Assembly: GCA_963732385.1 (NCBI GenBank)
Contig: CAVSZB010000004.1
Location: 32,001 to 96,000 of the forward strand
Length of the DNA stretch: 64,000 bases
Reading direction: 5' to 3'
From: an uncultured bacterium
Lineage (GTDB): Bacteria > Krumholzibacteriota > Krumholzibacteriia > LZORAL124-64-63
Shown: piece by piece, positions 1 to 9,405 of the stretch
How the letters are laid out: the number at the start of each line of letters is the position of its first letter
Numbering within the stretch: the stretch's first letter is position 1
Made by a program: the position numbers and the translations under genes
Notes under the pieces: generated by a model
The model's input: the letters and a program-made list of their open reading frames with translations, nothing else
What the model was told of the DNA's origin: nothing
The model's database searches: none

Positions 1-1869
1 CCCGGGTACCCGTTCTTCCTGGGCGTTCTATACGGCGTCCTGCGGTTGTTCGGCCTCGATCCTGGCGAGCCGGGAGCGCGTCTGGCGACCTTGCTGGTGC
101 AGGCCTTCATTTCGGCTCTGGGCGCCGGATTCGTGGCGCTCTGTGCGGAGCGCGCGTGGAACCGGCGCGCCGGCTGGCTGGCCGGCGGCATCTTCGCCGC
201 GCTCTGGACCAGCATCTATTTCGCGGGCGAGCTGCTTTTCGAAACGCTGGTCACGACACTCGTGCTGTGGCTCGTCTGGCGGCTGCTGCGTGACGATGGC
301 GAGGGGGATGCCACGCCGCGCGCGTTCGGCCTGTTCGGCACCGGTCTGGTCGCCGGCCTTGGTGTGGCCACGCGTCCATCACTGCTGGTGCTCGTGCCGG
401 TGGTCGTCTTCTATCTGCGGCGCGGGCGGGGATTGCGCTGGCGCTCCTCAGGCTGGGCGGCGCTGGCGATCGGTCTGCTGCTGCCGATCCTGCCGGTGAC
501 GCTGCACAATGTCGTGCGCGGACATGATGCCGTGCTCATCGCCTCGCAGGGGGGGGTCAATTTCTGGATCGGGAACAACCCGCAGTCCGATGGCCGGACC
601 GCCATCGTGCCGGGGACGCGGGCGACCTGGCAGGGCGGATACGAGGACGCCATCGCGCTGGCGGAGCGCGAGGCTGGTCACCGGCTTCGCCCCTCGCAGG
701 TGGATGCGCACTACCTGCGCAAGGGACTTGCCTTCATCGCGCGTGAGCCGGGTCGGGCCGCGCTGCTCACGGCGCACAAGCTGCGGCTCCTGCTGGCGGC
801 GGGCGAACGGGGCAACAACAACAATCCCTACTTCTGGCGGCGCTGGTCGGCGGTTTTGCGCTGGCCGATCTGGCTGGGGTGGGCGCCGGTTCTCGCGCTG
901 GCGGTCGTGGGTTTCTGGCGGCGGGATCTGGCGCGGCCGCGCCGGACCCTGCTGCTGGGCGCCGCCGTGTTCTACGCCGGGTCGGTGCTGGCGTTCTTCG
1001 TCAACGGGAGGTTCCGACTGCCGCTGCTGGCGCTGCTCGCGGCGCCGGCCGGCGCCGGGCTGGAGCGGATCATCAGCGGTCTGCGGGCCCGACGCTGGCC
1101 GGACGGTCTGGCCGGTCCCCTGCTGGCGGTCGGGCTGCTGGCTTATTCCGCGTCCGATCTGCTCACCTTTCGCGAGAATCGCGTCGACGCCGATGTCTTC
1201 AGCCGTTTCGCCCTGGGCAATGCCCTGGCCGACAACGGCGACCTCGACGGCGCGCGGCGCGCCTACGAGGATGCGCTGGCTGTGCAGCAGCGTTTCCGGC
1301 TGACGCAGTTCGGGCTGATCGCGGAGCCGCTCTACGCCAGTCTCGGCCGAATCTACCTGTCCCAGCAGCGGACGGCCGACGCCCTGACTCTCTGCACGGA
1401 ATGGGTGCGCGCCCAACCGGCCACGATCACGGGCCGGGTGATGCTGGGCGAACTGCTGTTCCAGGCCGGACGCACCGCCGAGGCGGCGGCGCAGTTCGAG
1501 GTGGCCCTGCGGACGGCCCCGGATGATCAGGGGGCGCAACTCGGCCACGCCTGGATTCTGCGCGCCAATGGCGACCTGGGCGCGGCGCTGCGCCGGTTTC
1601 GCGGTCTGGTCGATGGACCGTCGGGTGTGCAGGCGCTGTTCGGGGCCGGACTCTGTCTCATGGATCTCGAGCGGTGGGGGGAGGCGGAACAGACGTTCCG
1701 TGAGGTTCTGCGGCGGCAACCGGACTACTGGCAGGCGCTCGGCAATCTCGCCGCCATCTACGACCGCTCCGGTCGGCAGGAGGAGGCGCGCCGGGCCTGC
1801 GAAGAGCTGGTCGCCCGTCGTCCCGGCGATCCCCAGGCCAGTCGCTGGCTGGCGGAGCATCCCCGCTGA
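1..1869 (+). CDS. Membrane glycosyltransferase (GT39/PMT-like) with C-terminal TPR repeats; 5'-truncated by the window
   Basis: Frame is open from base 1 (PGYPFFLG...). It has multiple TM segments, the 'SQGGVNFWIGNNP' and 'RFRLP' motifs seen in this family, and TPR-like repeats at the C-terminus. Confidence 0.75.
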   Translation, partial: PGYPFFLGVLYGVLRLFGLDPGEPGARLATLLVQAFISALGAGFVALCAERAWNRRAGWLAGGIFAALWTSIYFAGELLFETLVTTLVLWLVWRLLRDDGEGDATPRAFGLFGTGLVAGLGVATRPSLLVLVPVVVFYLRRGRGLRWRSSGWAALAIGLLLPILPVTLHNVVRGHDAVLIASQGGVNFWIGNNPQSDGRTAIVPGTRATWQGGYEDAIALAEREAGHRLRPSQVDAHYLRKGLAFIAREPGRAALLTAHKLRLLLAAGERGNNNNPYFWRRWSAVLRWPIWLGWAPVLALAVVGFWRRDLARPRRTLLLGAAVFYAGSVLAFFVNGRFRLPLLALLAAPAGAGLERIISGLRARRWPDGLAGPLLAVGLLAYSASDLLTFRENRVDADVFSRFALGNALADNGDLDGARRAYEDALAVQQRFRLTQFGLIAEPLYASLGRIYLSQQRTADALTLCTEWVRAQPATITGRVMLGELLFQAGRTAEAAAQFEVALRTAPDDQGAQLGHAWILRANGDLGAALRRFRGLVDGPSGVQALFGAGLCLMDLERWGEAEQTFREVLRRQPDYWQALGNLAAIYDRSGRQEEARRACEELVARRPGDPQASRWLAEHPR

Positions 1870-1887
1870 GGCCGTCGTCCGGGCCTT

Positions 1888-2250
1888 CTACGCTGGTCGA
1901 TAGGAGGCGCAGGAGGTCGGCGTCTCCTGCACCCTGACCTCCACCAGCAGCGGGAGCGCGGGCGATAGCTGGTCATGAATCCAGCGCGCCAGCAGTTCGG
2001 CGGTCGGATTTTCCAGCCCTGAGATGTCGTTCAGGCAGGCGTGATCCAGACGCTCCCGCAACGGCGCGAAAGCTGCCTTGATCTCCCCGAAGTCCACGAT
2101 CCAGCCGCTTTCCGTGCCGACCGGTCCCTCGATCACCAGGGTGGCCGTGTAGGTGTGGCCGTGCAGTCGACCGCAGGGATGCCCGGCCGGGACGCTTGGC
2201 AGGCGGTGCGCGGCGTCAAACGTGAAAGACTTGGTGATCCGCGTCGGCAT
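1888..2250 (-). CDS. queD: 6-carboxy-5,6,7,8-tetrahydropterin synthase
   Basis: MPTRITKSFTFDAAHRL...CGRLHGHTY...LENPTAE...VQETP; ATG at 2250; 120 aa. Confidence 0.92.
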   Translation of the reverse strand: MPTRITKSFTFDAAHRLPSVPAGHPCGRLHGHTYTATLVIEGPVGTESGWIVDFGEIKAAFAPLRERLDHACLNDISGLENPTAELLARWIHDQLSPALPLLVEVRVQETPTSCASYRPA

Positions 2251-2395
2251 GTGCGCTCCCGTCCGCGGCGCGGCCGCGCCGCGGGGGTGCGGCGGGGCGA
2301 CGGCGGCGTCCACAAGAATAAGCCGTGACCGGCGGGACGCCAGCGGACAGTCCTGGGCAACCGGAAGTCCCTCAAGCCATGTCTGATCCGGCCGA

Positions 2396-4357
2396 ATGCA
2401 CAGGCGCGGGGGTAGGGCCCCGCCCGCCACGGCCCGTTTCCGACCGACGGGGGATCGCTTGTCTGCCGAGGAACGCGAACTGCTGGAATTGCGGCAGGCG
2501 CTACAGGCGCTGGCGCGCCGGGTGTCCGTCGTTGAATCGACGGTAGCGGTGGCGGTGCCCCGCGCCGACGTGGCGCGGGAACGCGAGAAACCGCCCGCGG
2601 CGGCGCGCCCGGCGGCGGCCGCCGACCGTGCCGACATCGTTCCCCGCCGGACCGCGGTGGCTGTGACGCCGCCGCCGGGCCGTGTCGCGGAGGATACGGA
2701 CCCGGAGAGGCCGACGGCCGATTTGCGCGCCGGCCTGGCGGTGCTTGACGCGGCGGAGGATGTCAAGGACTTCCCCCGCTTCTTCGTGCGGCTCGCCCAG
2801 CAGACCGGCCTGGGCATGCTGCTGCTGAAGCGCTGGAGCTCGGGGCTCGAAATCCTGCTCGCCGAGGGGATCGAGCGCAGCCGCGCCGGCGGCGAAGCGG
2901 GTTCCCAGCCGGAAGGTCGCATTCCTGTTCGCGACGACGATCTCTTCGCCGCGCTGGCCGGGGACCACTGTGTCTATGCCGGGCCGGTGCCGGTGAAACA
3001 CTTCCCGCTCGATCTCTCGCTGCTGCTGGGGCGTGGTCAGGATCGCCACATCGTGGTCCTGCCGCTGCCGCTGCGCGGTCGCTGGAATACCTTCATTCTC
3101 CTCGACGCTCCGCACGCGGACCCCGCCGCGGTCGGGGCGGCCGAGCTGCTGGCGCGCTACGCGCTGGCCCGCCTGTTGCTGCTGGAGCACGGCGAGAAGA
3201 CAAAACCCCAGAAGAGCGCGGCGATCCTGACGCAGGAGTTGGCGCGGAGGGGCGGTGCCGGGTCGAGGGGGGAGGTCCCGGCCAGGCCCGTCCCCCGCGC
3301 CGGCACTCCGCCGGGGCGACCGGTCGCGTCCCAGCCGCCCGCGACACCGCCGGCAACACCGTCCGCGACACAGCCTGCGATGCGCGTCCGACCCCCCGCC
3401 ACGGTCCCCGGCGAAGGTCCGGTGCGCTCGCCCGCGGATCTGGCCACGATCCTGAGGGATGTCGGCGACGGGGCGACCGCGCCGGGCGTGCCGCGCCACG
3501 AAGCTGACTCCGAAGAGGCGGCAGCGAACGTGGACCCGGAGGATCTCATCCGTCGTGTCGGTGAACTGCCGGCGCTGCCGCGCGTGGCCAACCATATCCT
3601 TGCCCTGATCGCGGATCCGAACACGACCGCCGGCAAGCTCGAGAAGGCGATCATTCTGGATCAGGCCCTCACCGCCAAGATCCTCAAGATCGCCAACTCC
3701 TCCTTCTACGGCGGGTTGCGCGACGTGAACACGGTCAGCGAGGCGATCGTGCGCCTCGGTTTTGTCACGATCCGCAACTGGACGCTCGTTACGGCGGCCA
3801 AGTCGGTGTTCCTCGACGATGCATCCGGGCCGGCGCTGCAACAGATCTGGCAGCAGTCGGTGTTGTCGGCGATGTCCAGTCAACTCGTGGCCGAGCACGT
3901 GCGCCACTCCTCGCCGGAATCGGTGTTCGTCGGCGGGCTGATGCAGAACATCGGGCAACTGGCGCTGGCGAAGGCGTCGCCGGAACTGTCCCGACAGGTG
4001 CTTGATATGTCCGCGGACGCGCGGGTCCCCTACCATGTGGTCGAGCGCGAGCTGCTCGGGTTCGACCACGGAGCGCTTGGCGCACTGCTCATCCGCGAGT
4101 GGAATCTGAGCGACGAGCTGGAGGAGGCCGTACGCACGCACCATCGCCTCGCCGAGGCCGGAGTGGCGCGCCCCCTCGCCGCCATGATCGCGCTCGGGGA
4201 GGAGATCGCGGCCTGCAGCGGCAGCGTACCGGACGAAGGGCTGACGATCTGGGAGATGAGCGAGGCGGCCCGCCTGCTTGACGTTTCCGAAACGACCTAT
4301 GTCGATCTGCTGGAGAAGGCCCGTCGTCTGCGCATCGATCCGCGGCTGTTCAGTTGA
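2396..4357 (+). CDS. HDOD-domain signalling protein with N-terminal coiled coil/GAF-like region and Pro-rich linker (start uncertain)
   Basis: C-terminal 'LPALP...DQALTAKILKIANSSFY...AIVRLG...LLGFDHGALGALLIREWNL' is the HDOD pattern. Confidence 0.8.
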   Translation: MHRRGGRAPPATARFRPTGDRLSAEERELLELRQALQALARRVSVVESTVAVAVPRADVAREREKPPAAARPAAAADRADIVPRRTAVAVTPPPGRVAEDTDPERPTADLRAGLAVLDAAEDVKDFPRFFVRLAQQTGLGMLLLKRWSSGLEILLAEGIERSRAGGEAGSQPEGRIPVRDDDLFAALAGDHCVYAGPVPVKHFPLDLSLLLGRGQDRHIVVLPLPLRGRWNTFILLDAPHADPAAVGAAELLARYALARLLLLEHGEKTKPQKSAAILTQELARRGGAGSRGEVPARPVPRAGTPPGRPVASQPPATPPATPSATQPAMRVRPPATVPGEGPVRSPADLATILRDVGDGATAPGVPRHEADSEEAAANVDPEDLIRRVGELPALPRVANHILALIADPNTTAGKLEKAIILDQALTAKILKIANSSFYGGLRDVNTVSEAIVRLGFVTIRNWTLVTAAKSVFLDDASGPALQQIWQQSVLSAMSSQLVAEHVRHSSPESVFVGGLMQNIGQLALAKASPELSRQVLDMSADARVPYHVVERELLGFDHGALGALLIREWNLSDELEEAVRTHHRLAEAGVARPLAAMIALGEEIAACSGSVPDEGLTIWEMSEAARLLDVSETTYVDLLEKARRLRIDPRLFS

Positions 4358-4375
4358 CGTCGCGGTCGGTCCCGC

Positions 4376-4963
4376 TCAGCTCGCCGTACCCTCGCCCCCC
4401 TCGCCGGCCGGCGGCTCGAAACAGCGGCGGCAACGCGCCTCGTAAGTGCCCTGGGCGCCGACTACGATCTGATCCAGACTGGCGGTCAGACGCTGGGTGT
4501 GATTGGCGGGGTTGCCGCAGACCACGCAGATCGCGAGTTGTTTCGTGACGTATTCGGCGGTCGCCATCATGGCCGGCATCGGGCCGAACGGACGGCCACG
4601 GTAGTCCTGGTCCAGCCCCGCGACGATAACCCGTTTGCCGAGATTGGCGAGCCGGTTGCAGACATCCACCACGCCCGCGTCGAAAAACTGTCCCTCATCG
4701 ACACCCACGACTTCGGTCTTGTCTTCGAGGCGACCGAGAATGTCGGCGCTCGCCGCGACGACCTCGCCAGGCATGCGCTGCTGGCTGTGCGAAACGATAT
4801 CCGAGGCGTGGAAGCGGTTGTCGAGAGCCGGCTTGAAAACCTGCAGGCGCTGCCGCGCGATCTCGACGCGGCGCAGGCGACGGATGAGTTCCTCGCTCTT
4901 GCCGCTGAACATGGGCCCGCAAATGACCTCGATCCAGCCGATCCTGCCCTGGATGACCTGCAT
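4376..4963 (-). CDS. tdk: Thymidine kinase
   Basis: GPMFSGKSEELIRR P-loop, VDEGQFF, and Zn-binding CVVC...RCRRC; ATG at 4963. Confidence 0.95.
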   Translation of the reverse strand: MQVIQGRIGWIEVICGPMFSGKSEELIRRLRRVEIARQRLQVFKPALDNRFHASDIVSHSQQRMPGEVVAASADILGRLEDKTEVVGVDEGQFFDAGVVDVCNRLANLGKRVIVAGLDQDYRGRPFGPMPAMMATAEYVTKQLAICVVCGNPANHTQRLTASLDQIVVGAQGTYEARCRRCFEPPAGEGGEGTAS

Positions 4964-5289
4964 TGCCGCCTCCCGCCGCCCGTTCCTCCATGCGCTGTCC
5001 GGATCGCGGCAGAATGTAGCCGACGGAGGCGGTCCGGCCAACCCCGAAGCGGGAAGACGCGCATTCTGGGGGGTTTCGCACCGACCGTCGGGCCGTTATA
5101 ATGCCGTCGGTGGCGACTTGCCGCGCCGAAGCCGATGCAGAAAAATCCACACCCCCTGGCCCGCCGGACGAACGGCCGGATCGTCGACATGAGCCTGCAG
5201 CCTCCCGGGTCCGGACCGTTCCGCCCGGTCGATACCGCGCGTGTGGTCGCCTGCGTAACCGCCGCGAAAACCGAAGGGAGCGTCTCGCG

Positions 5290-6018
5290 ATGAAGGGCGT
5301 CATCCTGGCCGGCGGCCTCGGCAGTCGGCTGTTCCCCTGCACGAAGATCACCAACAAGCATCTGCTTCCGGTTTATGACCGCCCGATGATCTTCTATCCC
5401 ATCGAAGCGCTGGTGCACGCGGGAGTGCGCGACATCATGATCGTCACCGGCGGCAGCTTTGCCGGGGACTTCCTGCAGTTGCTCGGCAATGGCAAGGAGT
5501 TCGGGCTCAAGGAGCTGCATTACACGTATCAGGAGGGGGAAGGGGGCATCGCCGACGCGCTGCGGCTCGCGCAGGATTTTGCCGACGGCGGGCGCATCTG
5601 CGTGATCCTCGGCGACAACATCGTCGAGCGCTCCATCCTCCCCGCGGTCGAGGCTTTTCTGGGGCAGCCGTCGGGCGCGCGCATCCTGCTCAAGGAGGTC
5701 GATGATCCCCAGCGTTTCGGCGTGCCGGAGTTCGCCGGGGACCGCATCGTGCGCATCACGGAGAAGCCGCAGACGCCGAAGTCGCGCTTCGCCGTGACCG
5801 GGATCTATTTCTACGATCACCAGGTCTTCGAAATGATCTCGCGGCTGCAACCATCGCTGCGGGGCGAGCTGGAGATTTCGGACGTGAACAACATGTACAT
5901 CGAGCGCGATCAATTGCAGTGGAGCGTACTCGACGGCTGGTGGACCGACGCCGGTACTTTCCCGAGTCTGCTGCACGCCTCCACGCTCGTGGCGCGCGGC
6001 GGCGCCAACCGGCCATGA
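5290..6018 (+). CDS. Glucose-1-phosphate thymidylyltransferase-like sugar nucleotidyltransferase (short RmlA/SpsI type)
   Basis: MKGVILAGGLGSRL...NKHLLPVYDRPMI...RGELEISD...WTDAGT; adjacent to rfbB. Confidence 0.9.
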   Translation: MKGVILAGGLGSRLFPCTKITNKHLLPVYDRPMIFYPIEALVHAGVRDIMIVTGGSFAGDFLQLLGNGKEFGLKELHYTYQEGEGGIADALRLAQDFADGGRICVILGDNIVERSILPAVEAFLGQPSGARILLKEVDDPQRFGVPEFAGDRIVRITEKPQTPKSRFAVTGIYFYDHQVFEMISRLQPSLRGELEISDVNNMYIERDQLQWSVLDGWWTDAGTFPSLLHASTLVARGGANRP

Positions 6019-6064
6019 GGCGAGCGGCGCGCGGAATCAACGGGGACTGCCCGGGGAGCGGAAC

Positions 6065-7090
6065 ATGAACATCCTGGTCACGGGCGGGGCCGGCTTCATC
6101 GGTGCCAATCATGTGCGCTGGCTGCTCGCCAACACGGACGACCGCGTAATCAACCTGGATGTTCTGACTTACGCGGGGAATCTCGAGAACCTGGCCGGCC
6201 TGGAGGAGCACCCGCGCTACCGTTTCGTGCGCGGGGACATCGGCGACCGTGAACTCGTGCGAGCCCTGCTGGCCCGGGAATGCATCGAAGCGGTCGTGAA
6301 TTTCGCGGCGGAAAGTCACGTCGATCGCTCGCTCGACGCGCCGCGGCTCTTTCTCGAGACGAACGTGCTGGGTACGCAGAACCTGCTGGCCGCGGCGCGG
6401 GAAGCGGGCATCGACCGCTTTTTGCAGGTCAGCACCGACGAGGTGTACGGCTCGCTCGGCGCCGAGGGTAAATTCACCGAAGCGACACCGCTTGCTCCCA
6501 ACTCCCCCTATGCCGCCTCCAAGGCGGCGGCGGACCTGATCTGCCGGGCCTACCACCACACGTTCGGGTTCCCGGTGGTCATTACGCGTTGCAGCAACAA
6601 CTACGGTCCCTACCAGTTTCCTGAGAAGTTGATTCCGCTGATGATCGCCAACGCCCTCGATGGCCGTCCGCTGCCGGTCTATGGGGACGGTCTGAACGTG
6701 CGCGACTGGCTCTTCGTGGCGGACCACTGTGCCGCCCTCGACCTCGTGCTGCGTCGCGGCCGACCGGGCGAGGTCTACAATGTCGGCGGCGACAATGAGC
6801 TGCCGAACCTCGAACTGGTGCGTACGCTGCTGCGCCTGCTCGACCGGCCGGAGTCGCTCATCGCGTTCGTGGCGGACCGTCCCGGCCACGACCGTCGCTA
6901 TGCGATCGATGCCGCGAAGATCCGCCGCGAACTCGGCTGGGCTCCGGCGCATCATTTCGCGGATGGTCTGGCCGCCACGGTGCGCTGGTATCAGGACAAC
7001 CGGGCCTGGTGGGAGAAGATCCTCAGTGGCGCCTATCGCGATTATTATAAGACCCTCTACGGTCCCGACGGGAGGTACGGCGGTCGGTGA
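6065..7090 (+). CDS. rfbB: dTDP-glucose 4,6-dehydratase
   Basis: TGGAGFIG, AAESHVDRS, STDEVYG, YAASK, DRPGHDRRY motifs. Confidence 0.95.
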   Translation: MNILVTGGAGFIGANHVRWLLANTDDRVINLDVLTYAGNLENLAGLEEHPRYRFVRGDIGDRELVRALLARECIEAVVNFAAESHVDRSLDAPRLFLETNVLGTQNLLAAAREAGIDRFLQVSTDEVYGSLGAEGKFTEATPLAPNSPYAASKAAADLICRAYHHTFGFPVVITRCSNNYGPYQFPEKLIPLMIANALDGRPLPVYGDGLNVRDWLFVADHCAALDLVLRRGRPGEVYNVGGDNELPNLELVRTLLRLLDRPESLIAFVADRPGHDRRYAIDAAKIRRELGWAPAHHFADGLAATVRWYQDNRAWWEKILSGAYRDYYKTLYGPDGRYGGR

Positions 7091-7803
7091 ACGAGGGCCG
7101 GGATGACGGCGGCCGCCGGCTGGATCTGCCCGACGGCCGGGCCACGGCCGTCGCGGCGGAACTGGCCGGCGTGGTGCGCTGCGGCGTGCTGGCCTGCGAA
7201 GGCGTGGCGGTCGGCGACGCCCCGGACCTCGCGTCTGAGATGGCCGTCAGGGCGGTGGAATTGCGGCGGCTCTACCGCGGCCTATCGCCGGGAGACATCC
7301 CGGCTTTGGGTGAAGCGCGCCGGCTCTACCGGGCCGCCGGTGTCGATCCCACCCGGACCCGTCCCTCGTCGGAGGCGCTGTTGCGTCGGGTGCTCAGGGA
7401 GCAACCGCTGCCGCGCGTGAACGCGGCGGTCGATGCGATCAACCTCGCTTCGCTATTTTTTCTGCTGCCGATCGGTCTCTACGATCTTGACCGGGTGCGG
7501 GGCGATATCGAGTTGCGGCGCGGTAACGCGGGCGATGCGTACCCTGGCATCCGCAAGGGCGAGGTCCATCTCGAAGGTCGCCTCGCCCTGTTCGACGCCA
7601 CCGGCCCGTTCGGTTCGCCCACCAGCGACTCCTCGCGGACGAGCGTAGACGAGACGACGCGGCGACTGCTGGCGATCGTGTTCGCCACATCGGCGTATCC
7701 ATCGGCCTCGCTGGCCGGTGATCTCGATCTGCTGGCCGGTCTTGTCCGTCGTTATTGTGGCGGTCGCGTGGCCTGCGTCGGGTTTCTGCCGCGGATCGGC
7801 TGA
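7087..7803 (+). CDS. Stand-alone B3/B4 (PheT editing-like) domain protein
   Basis: 'GVDPTRTRPSSEALLRRV...N..VDAIN..SL...PIGLYDLD...GPFGSPTSDS' pattern. Confidence 0.8.
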   Translation: MNEGRDDGGRRLDLPDGRATAVAAELAGVVRCGVLACEGVAVGDAPDLASEMAVRAVELRRLYRGLSPGDIPALGEARRLYRAAGVDPTRTRPSSEALLRRVLREQPLPRVNAAVDAINLASLFFLLPIGLYDLDRVRGDIELRRGNAGDAYPGIRKGEVHLEGRLALFDATGPFGSPTSDSSRTSVDETTRRLLAIVFATSAYPSASLAGDLDLLAGLVRRYCGGRVACVGFLPRIG

Positions 7804-7956
7804 AACGCGCCGCCGCCGGGAGAACCGCCACGCATTTCCCGTCCGCCTTTGGCCGTGTTCTCCTGCTGCCTCTCCTTGCGGCAATCGCATCATCACGACG
7901 GTTTTGCAGGCGCTGGTGAACGTGGTCGACCTCAGCCCGGACCTGCGAACGGCCGG

Positions 7957-9333
7957 CTAATGGCGGCCCGGAGGATCGCAGCGGTGGGGGAAACGTCGCC
8001 GTACCCAGACCTCTGCGGCGTCCCGTGTAGGCAGTTCGCCATCGAGTTGGGCGGTCTCCAGTTCCCGCAGGATGCGGCCCAGCAGCGGCCCTGGCGGATA
8101 GCCGAAAGCCAGCAGGTCGGCGCCGCGCAGCAGCGGCGGCGGCGCCAGTTCCTCGCTGGAGAGTTCCACCAGCGTTTCCCGGCAGAATTCCCACTGGCCG
8201 AGTTCGCGGTGGCTGCTGAGGCAGTCGAGCCGGTGCAGTTCGAGATGGTCGGCAAAACCGGGCTGCCGCAGGAAGCGCTTGAGCGTGGACGGCCGCATAT
8301 GCCGCACCTCGATGAAGCGCAGGTGCTGGGCCACCAGGTCGGCCGCGCGTGCCACGTCCGCGGCGGCGTAGCGCAGGCGGCGTCCGATCGCGAGGGCCAT
8401 CTCGGCGCCCCGGGCGGCGTGTCCGTGAAAACGGATGCGGTCCGTGCGGGTGAGCGTGACCGGTTTCGCCACGTCGTGCAGCAGGATCGCCAGCCCGAGC
8501 GACAGCGAGCGTGCCGGCGAATGCCGGAACATCAGCACGGTGTGAACCCAAACATCCCCCTCCGGATGGAATTGGGGCGGTTGAGGGACGCCGCGCATGG
8601 CGTCGACCTCGGGCAGGATGATCGCCAGCAGCCCGCTGGCGGCCAATTCCTCAAGGGCATCGGCCGGCCCCGGTCCGGTCAGGATTCGTGCGAGCTCCTG
8701 GCCCACCCGCTCGGCGGCGATCCGGCGGATCCCCTCGCGGCTCGAAGCGAGCGCCGCACGCGTTTCGCTCGCGATCGTCAGTCCGCACTGCGCCGCCAAA
8801 CGGGGCGCGCGCAGCAGCCGCAGAGCATCCTCGCGAAACCGCTGGCCCGGTTCGCCGACGCAACGCAGCACACGTTGGGCGCAGTCGGCCGCGCCCCCGA
8901 CCGGATCGACGATGACTTCCGCGAGCGGATCGAGGTAGAGTGCGTTGACCGTGAAATCACGCCGGCGCGCGTCGGCCGGGAGCGAGGTGGTCAGGGCGAC
9001 GGAGTCGGGATGGCGCGCATCGCTGTACGGCCCCTCGACGCGGAAGGTCGCCGTTTCCACCAGGCTTCCCTGCTCGACCACGAGCACCACGGGGAAAGCG
9101 GCTCCCGCCTGTCGCGCGAGCGGAAACAGGGCGAGAATCTGCTCCGGAGAGGCGCTGGTGGCGACGTCGAAATCGCCCGGCTCGTGGTCGAGCAGCAGAT
9201 CCCGCACAGCTCCTCCAACCAGATAGGCCTGGTGGCCCGCGGCGGCCAGGCGGCGCACCACGCCCACCGCCGCAGCGGCGGTGGGCGGCAGCGGGCGCGG
9301 CAGAGGGACCGTCGGGATTGCGGGAGACATCAT
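7957..9333 (-). CDS. cca: Class II CCA tRNA nucleotidyltransferase with HD domain
   Basis: LVGGAVRD..D.D.AT, RRDFTVNA, EDALRLLRA, HPEGDVWVHT...LLHDVAKP. Confidence 0.88.
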   Translation of the reverse strand: MMSPAIPTVPLPRPLPPTAAAAVGVVRRLAAAGHQAYLVGGAVRDLLLDHEPGDFDVATSASPEQILALFPLARQAGAAFPVVLVVEQGSLVETATFRVEGPYSDARHPDSVALTTSLPADARRRDFTVNALYLDPLAEVIVDPVGGAADCAQRVLRCVGEPGQRFREDALRLLRAPRLAAQCGLTIASETRAALASSREGIRRIAAERVGQELARILTGPGPADALEELAASGLLAIILPEVDAMRGVPQPPQFHPEGDVWVHTVLMFRHSPARSLSLGLAILLHDVAKPVTLTRTDRIRFHGHAARGAEMALAIGRRLRYAAADVARAADLVAQHLRFIEVRHMRPSTLKRFLRQPGFADHLELHRLDCLSSHRELGQWEFCRETLVELSSEELAPPPLLRGADLLAFGYPPGPLLGRILRELETAQLDGELPTRDAAEVWVRRRFPHRCDPPGRH

Positions 9334-9405
9334 CCCCCCATATTCTCAGAGCCGTGCGGCGCGGTCAACGCGTGCCCGTACAGGCCCTCTCCGGGAGGAA
9401 GCGCT

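Noticed and set aside
7849..9405. 950-aa ORF suggesting a long N-terminus on the M28 peptidase
   Set aside because: It is the antisense shadow of cca; the RBS and signal peptide point to the GTG at 9406.
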